Shown here piece after piece: positions 34,876-40,138 of a DNA stretch of 40,138 nt. Location of the stretch: positions 1 to 40,138 of the forward strand of contig JAYSWN010000043.1 in NCBI GenBank assembly GCA_043718025.1, written 5' to 3'. Numbering within the stretch: the first letter of the stretch is position 1; each line of letters opens with the position of its first letter. The notes under the pieces are model-generated. The model was not told the origin of the DNA and made no database searches. It saw only the letters and a list, made by a program, of their open reading frames with translations. The position numbers and the translations under genes are program-made. This DNA comes from Pseudomonadota bacterium. Its GTDB lineage: Bacteria; Bdellovibrionota; FAC87; UBA2466.

Positions 34876-35865
34876 TCAGCCAAATACCGACTTCAGATTT
34901 AGCGCGGTGGCTTCAGGTCCCCAGTTTAGTACAAACTCTTGATCAGTCGTTACTTCGGGACCCACGTAAAACACGTTAGGAAGAACCTCTAATGATTCTA
35001 AAACGATAGGCCTATCAGGGACGAAGCATTCATAATGCAGGATTTTTTCATGCTTAATGTGTCCGTCAACTTCGGGAAGTTCTTTGAGCATCTCTCGACG
35101 GAGAGATTTTACGAATTTTGCTACATCTTCGGCGTTAGCAGCGACCTTAGCCGGCGCGATTGCCACCCAGTTTGTAACGTAATGATCGGTATCGGGCGCG
35201 ACGCTCTTTTGATTGAAAAAGCCGTAGGCCTTTAGTTTCTCATCTCGAAAACGAAAGGGAACCATTACTGAAATGTCTTCAGAAAACGGCTTCACGTCGG
35301 TGGCCCACTCAAATCCCACAAAAGAAGTCGGCCCTGGAACTTTCCCAATTTTACCTAGCTTGGTTTTCCACAGCGGCGAAAGAATCCCCTTCAGTTTCAT
35401 TAGGGGGGCTGCCCAAATTAATTTCTCGTAAGGTACGACCGTGCCATCATTCATGCTGACTGTCTTCTCTTCGATACTAAGGGAAAGAGGGAAACGGTTG
35501 CAGTGGAAATTCACGATGAGCGATTTAGTCATCGGCGCAAGAATCTGGGCCATCGCTCGCCTCGGAATTTTGTAATTCCCAATTAAAAGGGGGCGAAACT
35601 GTTCATCGATCTCCCCGTCGAATGGTACGAAATCCTTTTTAGGCTTATGGTTAAGCGTCGTTCCCACCGCTCCCCAATCATCACTGTCCTCGAACAGACT
35701 CGCAATCACCGAACCGGCATCATCGCGAAAGCGCCAAGCGAAGGCGGGGTCACCCTCGCCTGGAGCTTTGGCTGCATCGTAGGCTGTGTATTCGATACCT
35801 CGCGAAGAAAGCCATTGCGCAGATACCAAACCCGCCACACCGTTACTGATCACTAGGTTTTTCAT
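34876..35865 (-). CDS. FAD/NAD(P)-binding oxidoreductase-like protein (degenerate)
   Basis: N-terminal LVISNGVAGLVSAQWL...YD (Rossmann-like), DGTVVPYEKLIWAAPL, PNVFYVG; ATG 35865. Confidence 0.6.
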   Translation of the reverse strand: MKNLVISNGVAGLVSAQWLSSRGIEYTAYDAAKAPGEGDPAFAWRFRDDAGSVIASLFEDSDDWGAVGTTLNHKPKKDFVPFDGEIDEQFRPLLIGNYKIPRRAMAQILAPMTKSLIVNFHCNRFPLSLSIEEKTVSMNDGTVVPYEKLIWAAPLMKLKGILSPLWKTKLGKIGKVPGPTSFVGFEWATDVKPFSEDISVMVPFRFRDEKLKAYGFFNQKSVAPDTDHYVTNWVAIAPAKVAANAEDVAKFVKSLRREMLKELPEVDGHIKHEKILHYECFVPDRPIVLESLEVLPNVFYVGPEVTTDQEFVLNWGPEATALNLKSVFG

Positions 35866-35976
35866 AATTCCTAAAATACTACGGCATGAATCGCCTCTAG
35901 ACAACGCCTCGAGTCGCTTTGCCATAGCGCTTTTGCAAGGATCTCAATTAATTCCCAAAATAAATGTCAAAATGCG

Positions 35977-36005
35977 TTGACACTAACGGGGGGTGTCGAT
36001 AATTA
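35977..36005 (+). promoter_or_regulatory. rRNA operon promoter
   Basis: TTGACA (35977-35982) with GATAAT/TAATTA downstream and an AT-rich UP-like region upstream. Confidence 0.55.
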
Positions 36006-36021
36006 CCTCCTTCTCGACAAA

Positions 36022-36047
36022 TGGTCCTTGAAAACTGAATAGCAGTG
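36022..36047 (+). promoter_or_regulatory. rrn leader boxA-like element / 16S processing stem
   Basis: GGTCCTTGAAAACTGAATAGCAGTG is complementary to ITS CACTGCTATTTAGTCTTCAGTGACC (about 37763-37787). Confidence 0.65.
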
Positions 36048-36139
36048 ACGCCATATGTGGGCCATCCAAATTAGTTGAATCCTTAGAGTTTCAACTCGAA
36101 GAAGAATTAGTTGTTAGGGCTTGCTCTAACAACAGAATT

Positions 36140-37697
<1,558 letters not shown>

Positions 37698-37869
37698 GGA
37701 GTAATTTTTAAAACCTAGGTTTCAAAAATGAAACTATTAGGTCAATGTCCACAAATGAAACGCACTGCTATTTAGTCTTCAGTGACCATTTCCGGTCTTT
37801 TGAAAATGTAATTTGGTTGGCCAACAATCAGGCGACTGATTTCCGAGCCTAACGCTCAGCCGACGATTA

Positions 37870-37946
37870 GGGCCGATAGCTCAGTTGGTTAGAGCACCGC
37901 TCTGATAAGGCGGGGGTCGGAAGTTCGACTCTTCCTCGGCCCACCA
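37870..37946 (+). tRNA. tRNA-Ile(GAT)
   Basis: Acceptor GGGCCGA/TCGGCCC, anticodon loop CTGATAA, TTCGA loop, encoded CCA; the only tRNA in the ITS. Confidence 0.97.
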
Positions 37947-38052
37947 TTTACATACACACAATTTGGGACGCGTTTCGCGTCCCTCGCTCTTTGACAATTG
38001 CATAGGATAAATGTTCAGTTTTTAACTGATAGATTCTCGAGTGTTTTTACGA

Positions 38053-40138
<2,086 letters not shown>

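Overview
Core-genome window of a Gram-negative bacterium, most likely Bdellovibrionota/Oligoflexia-like. That placement is inferred from a TIGR02147/DUF4423 gene, ispE-spoVG, a DUF2232 gene in the rpsF operon and a deltaproteobacterial-type rRNA operon. Contents in order: glpK; a DUF2723/TMEM260-like GT-C glycosyltransferase; radA; a SirB1-like protein; split transketolase; a four-gene operon (orphan sigma region-4 protein, hypothetical, RDD, rhomboid) behind a sigma-28-like promoter; bamD-TPR-OMP-GMP reductase/IMPDH; PilZ; a matrixin lipoprotein; GT4-yacG; an MFS transporter; a lipid A operon (lpxD, lpxA, gnnA-like, lpxB, lpxK, lpxL-DUF3108 fusion, GT2, cmk); spoVG; ispE; lpxH; rpsF-priB/ssb-rpsR-DUF2232-rplI with an S6:S18 leader; TIGR02147; and 16S-tRNA-Ile-23S (partial). 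No mobile element or CRISPR array was seen. The most notable observations are the sigma-28-linked orphan sigma4/RDD/rhomboid operon, an LpxL fused through an internal lipoprotein signal to a DUF3108 domain, and recurrent leaderless promoter architecture. All family calls come from motif recognition by eye; no database search was run.
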